Assembly (NCBI GenBank): GCA_051294905.1
Contig: CM119372.1
Location: 8,558,001-8,622,000 of the forward strand
Direction: 5' to 3'
Source: Botryllus schlosseri
Lineage: Eukaryota
Length of the DNA stretch: 64,000 nucleotides
Shown: piece after piece, positions 59,046-64,000 of the stretch
Position numbering within the stretch: position 1 is the first letter of the stretch
Layout of the letters: each line of letters starts with the position of its first letter
The notes under the pieces: model-generated
Databases searched by the model: none
Seen by the model: the letters and a program-made list of their open reading frames with translations, nothing else
What the model was told of the DNA's origin: nothing
Made by a program: the position numbers and the translations under genes

Positions 59046-62000
59046 CTGTATATTAAACGGTCAATAATACGATAAAGTGTGTGAGAGCGAAACTGACTTT
59101 CTCTTGGCATTTGATGTCTGACAGCGACTGTTATAGGAGCATTTTTCAAAATAATGTCCTGTTCACATAATTCACCGACCAGTACACTCTCAGCGGAAGG
59201 GGTGTGTATTCACACCCAAAAGGTGATACACGAAAACAGAACCTAACTGAGAATTAAATCACGGTTGTAAATCCTGCGTGTCTATACGTCCGTAAGTGCA
59301 TGTACCTTCTTATACGTCCCCATACGTGTGAAAAGCATCATTTGGATTGATTAACATGATGTTTCTGATTTACACCGCGGTATCAGTCTGTGGTAGGTTC
59401 TAGGTGTGAATACTGTGCATGCTATATTACCTCAATACCTCCTCGATTTATGATCGTCATATTTCTCTTGGGTTACTTCCCTTTACATCTCAATTTTCGC
59501 GCTCAAGTTCATTTTACAAATGGACATGTTCTATGACATTTTTTATTAACATTTTCCTGTCATCTGGTTTTCTCTAGAAAACTCAAGATTGCACCCGTAA
59601 TAGCCACGCAGTGGAGAGGTAGTGACACAGAATTGGTGTCCAGCTTGCTGAAAATAGACCAACGTCACGGTTGTGAACCGACTTGACATCTGTTATTGTC
59701 GTACCGCGGAAAAGGAGGTCCCAGAACAAAGACATGTGGAAGTTCTGATTCAAGTCTATAATAACCTTTAGCATGCTGCGGGAGTATATTGTCACCCAAT
59801 GCGTGGTTATGCAGAATCATTGGTTAGCGCGAATTTGAATGATTCTGATGGGATCCGTGAGCTTTTGAAGTTTCATGCGAGAAAACTGTGAAAAACTTTC
59901 GGAGCCATTGGTGTACGTATACCTCACAATACAATAGACTCGTGCATGAAAATACTACGAAGGGGCATCAATCACACTGAATCAGTAATTTTGTTTTATA
60001 ATAAATAATGTTCACAGGACTAGCCTACAGGGCTGTGGAGTCTTGTTTGCAATGTTACCTAATTCGGTTCGCTCCTATCGGACGATTAAAAACAGGTTAT
60101 CAACATTTCAGTTGCCCGCGCAACGGTTCGTAAATCTCATGTGTCCCTTTGGCCGAAAAAGTTGCCCACCCCTGATATAGATAAAATTAGACATTACTTG
60201 CAAATTACAACTCAGTTGCACAGGGGAAGAAAATCGCAATATGCCTTTTCGCGATACAGTCAAAATTGATGCAATTTTTGGAATTATACCATGATACTGT
60301 GACAAAGCAAATGCATCGGCTGGTTTTGTAAAATTGTAAAAATGATGTGAACGATGCTTCCCACTTGACAAAATTAAAAATATTTGGTACAAGTATACTA
60401 AGAACCCTACTCTACACGAAGAACACTGTTTGAAATTCGAGAGAATGGTTGTAAAAGAAGTGCATTATGACGAAGCATATAATTTATTGAAGTTTATTTG
60501 AACTTATATGGAACAGGTGAACTTAACCCCACCAAAAATTGACGTGTAAGCGTAAAGAAAATGGTAGAATTGTAGTGTAGAGTAATCTGAACTTGAGGGT
60601 ATTAATGTGGTGTACGTGTAAAAAGGATAATTGCTGGGAACAACCATAAATTGACAGAAGAATAATTCGTCGGCCATTTTGAATGAGTCGAAATATGAAA
60701 TCGACGCCGCGGCTATAATCAGCGAACTGCGGCAACATTTTTAAATCTGGCCCGATAGAGTGAATATATCCGTTAAAGCTTGATGCGATGCGAATTCAGG
60801 AAGTTATAAGGAGTCGAATTTCATAATCTTTGCCATACGCTAAACTCGATACCAAAGAGATGCGATTATAATAAAGTACCTAGCCGGCCAAAGGCTCGTC
60901 ACCAATGTTCCCTATAATTTTTCACGAGCCTGCGCAAATACGCCAACTCACTGCGCAGGCCCTTGGACAGCAGTGCGCAACCAGCCCCTAGAGAGTGATA
61001 AACAGAACTTCTGGGGGACTTCGCCCGCAAGACTCACCTCAGGCTACACGCTTTTCACCGCTACTAATCAACTATGTCTGGTCTTCGTTTAGTGGGCGTT
61101 CCGACTAAACGCGCGAAGCGCCGAAAAATTTCTATAGCTTAGGATCAAAACAGCCAATATCATCGGGAATTGCGTATATTGCTATCAATTTTAATCCGTT
61201 CTATGCTCACGTAATCACATTTACAGGTAAAGCTGATCGAGTGAGATGTGTTGGAAAAGGTAGGATCCCTAAATATAATAAATATCCTCGGGCGTACCCG
61301 TTGGCATAATGACTTCTTTACATCATGCTATTTTGTGACCTCCTATCTGATATGCCAAAAGATATTGAAATATGGACACAAGTAATTTTGATTCCACTAT
61401 GACGATATGGTGACATATTGTGGGTTTACTACAAGACAGACATACATGCACGAGAACGCACTTGAAACCAAAACATGCGATCGATATAGGCCTACCGCGG
61501 TAAAACACTGATGTGACGTCTTAATACCGGCAATGCGCTCGTCACTATCAAGACATACAGTCAGATATAATGATACGGATATTCAAGTCTGATTGAAAAC
61601 GGGAACAAGATCAGCGACCTTATCGACAGAGGATACCCGTTCAAACGGATCGAATAAAATCACAAATTTGTGCTGCTTAGAAGCTGATCTAATGCAACGC
61701 CGTACAGTGCTGCATTCCCCGATCAACGTTGGCAAAGGAATGAATATCTTCAACAATATTGGTGCTTGTACTTGCATGTTCTGCATATTGTACGATATCA
61801 CCATAACGTGGTCAGATTCGCCCGATGGAAGTGATGACTTCGAAAATTCGCGGCATGTAATTTTACAGTAAATCTTACAATATATTCATGCTACGCGGAG
61901 AAGAATATTCATTAGTTTCCCGCAGTTAATTTCGAGCTAGCCCATTGTTATTTATAACTTTGTTAAGCCATGTTATTTCGCCATTTCCACTAAGGATTGC

Positions 62001-64000
62001 GCTATTGATATGATGTCAGACAGTATCGCTGGATTGAATGTTATGAAGCTTGCGTTGTACGCAACAAAATGGGCGGTCTATATCTACGTTACAGGGAACG
62101 GGTGCGAGTGCTAGATCAAGCCCATGTAATACCTGTACGGCCAGGGCCGGATCAAACTGGTACTGCACCCGGTCCAGGCTGGCTTATATCATAAAAATGG
62201 ACCACTGATCACGCAACGGTCAATCTCACCGACCCCAAATTAAAATGAGACAAAACGGCGTCATTATCAATAAAGTGCGAGTCGTGGTTTGATTATCACG
62301 CTTAGATTGGGTGCGCGATCTTCGAATTCTCTGTCGTATTGGAGGTGGGCTCCATTGCATGAATATCAGCTGATCTTCAGAAGTACTGACGTACAAATTA
62401 GCACGATGAAAGCCGCATACTGAGAATTATCAAGGATTAATTATGTGTGCGAAATAGGCCGTTGAGTTCTGATGTGCGTAAGCTTAGCTGGTTTGCTGGT
62501 CGGTTGCGTAACATGAAATAATGAGATTACCATATGGATAGGCCGCATAGTGGAAACCCGCGTGAACGTATCACTTTCCATGAAAACTCGACGACTATGC
62601 GGCCGACATAAGTATACAAGCGAAGATGTATCTGACGTGATACTGTACCTATACCAAAGTAATGAGACCTGTAGTTGTACTTTGTTGACCCTTTTAGAAC
62701 ACTGCATCTTTGCGAATATTCGGCGAAAGAAAATATAAAGTTAATTCACAGCCGGCCAGGATTCGCCACCAAGACGATTGCAATCCAGGCTTTTAGTTAC
62801 GCGGTAATTACAATACGGGTGTATCAAACAGCTACGGCCCATGAGAACTACGCATAGCCTAAGAATTGCGCTGCGGCAGCAAGAAAATACACGACCTTTA
62901 GGATTGCTGTTGAAATTAGTCCAATAAATTCGCCTCAGGAAAATCAACGATTATTCGGAATTCTAGACTCGCACTAAATTCAGGTGATCAACGCCGTCGG
63001 TATATGATGCCGCATCTGTTTAACGCAACGCGCAAGAATATAGGTATTCTGATTTCACCTGTACATGGGAGATGTTCTAACGTAGGGGTGTGCAGCGATC
63101 GGGTGCGTATCTATGTGACAAAGGTCTTGCGAAACTAACCCGTTCCACGCTGGGACACATGAAGACATTAAATTTTGTCCGACATACAGCTAGGGAAAGT
63201 CCGGTGCCAACAAGATCGGTGACGATAAAACCTCTGCCAAAATGACCGTCGCTGGTTGACTAAAACCTTCGACATTGCTATGTCCAATCGTCGGAATGCT
63301 CGGCGTGGGATTGGCTGTCGCGCGAATCCTGCGTTTGTTCAAGTAGTTTGAATTCAAGTAGAATAGCGGAGCGGACTGTTTCAGGCTAGGCGGCTTCACG
63401 GGTCGAATTTCAAACCGTCGGGATTCGCAATTCTGGGGAAATGAGATCGTGACAGTAGCGAGGTTGCGCCATATGGTCACTGTATAATGAAACCCGCATG
63501 AACTCGCTGCGGCTTCCTGACTGAGCGCTTCGAGGACGGTCGTCCTAAGGTAACTGGAATATAATCCCGTACGGCCGAAATGATTTTATAATGGACTATA
63601 TTGTATTAGTTCATTCCTTCGAGGCAAATCAAAAGGAATGTACCCCTTGCTTCAGTAACCAGAAAATGTCAACTGTAAGGCGATACTGTTCATCATGAAA
63701 ACTGGGATGTTTCGTAAAACTGGGACGAATGCAAGTAATCTGATCTTAGCATTGCAACATTGATCTGACGTGAACCTTGGGCGCCGTTAGTGGTGCGAGC
63801 GAACAATCTCAAATGACATGATTTACGAATGGCGCTCGGTTCAGTTATACCCTGAGAATAGTGTAAGGAAAGACCCAGTTGTAGATAAACGATCCATGGG
63901 CTGGTTAGGCCTCAATGTAACGTTAAAAGAAGCCAATTGTTAAGATGTATGCTGTAGATTTGCATACCATGATCCAGTTTGTAATAAGCTCGGTTGCACT

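Noticed and set aside
57862..60174. Single hAT element capturing the CAP exon at 58869-59045
   Set aside because: The termini match poorly and the flanks share no TSD; more likely two independent fragments.
63190..63480. 96-aa ORF in a GC-richer stretch, considered as a 5' exon of the CAP gene
   Set aside because: No CAP N-terminal motifs, signal peptide or fitting splice sites were found.

Overview
Eukaryotic (animal) genomic DNA, most consistent with an invertebrate chordate such as an ascidian. This is an inference from the gene set, many 55-70 nt introns, single-exon housekeeping genes and dense hAT-type MITEs. Left part: a compact block of genes with intron-free coding regions, namely EHMT1/2 (G9a/GLP, 5' end outside the window), trifunctional GART, PISD and a TNIP/ABIN-like UBAN protein. 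From about 10 to 26 kb, around the TNIP-like gene, lies a nest of transposon relics: LINE 3' ends, a Gypsy 3' end, hAT MITEs with 8-bp TSDs, a CACTA-like element and foldbacks. Right part: CEP78 (16 exons), a single-exon LRR gene, a stefin-type cystatin, IQANK1 (12 exons), a short tandem paralog made only of the IQANK1 C-terminal domain, and the 3' exons of a CAP/SCP (GLIPR1-like) gene. Most interesting: the stand-alone IQANK1-C paralog (dynein AAA5-like motifs, RFX X-box upstream) and a possible SL-trans-spliced EHMT-GART operon of intronless genes. Exons were assembled by eye and family calls come from recalled motifs; no searches were run.
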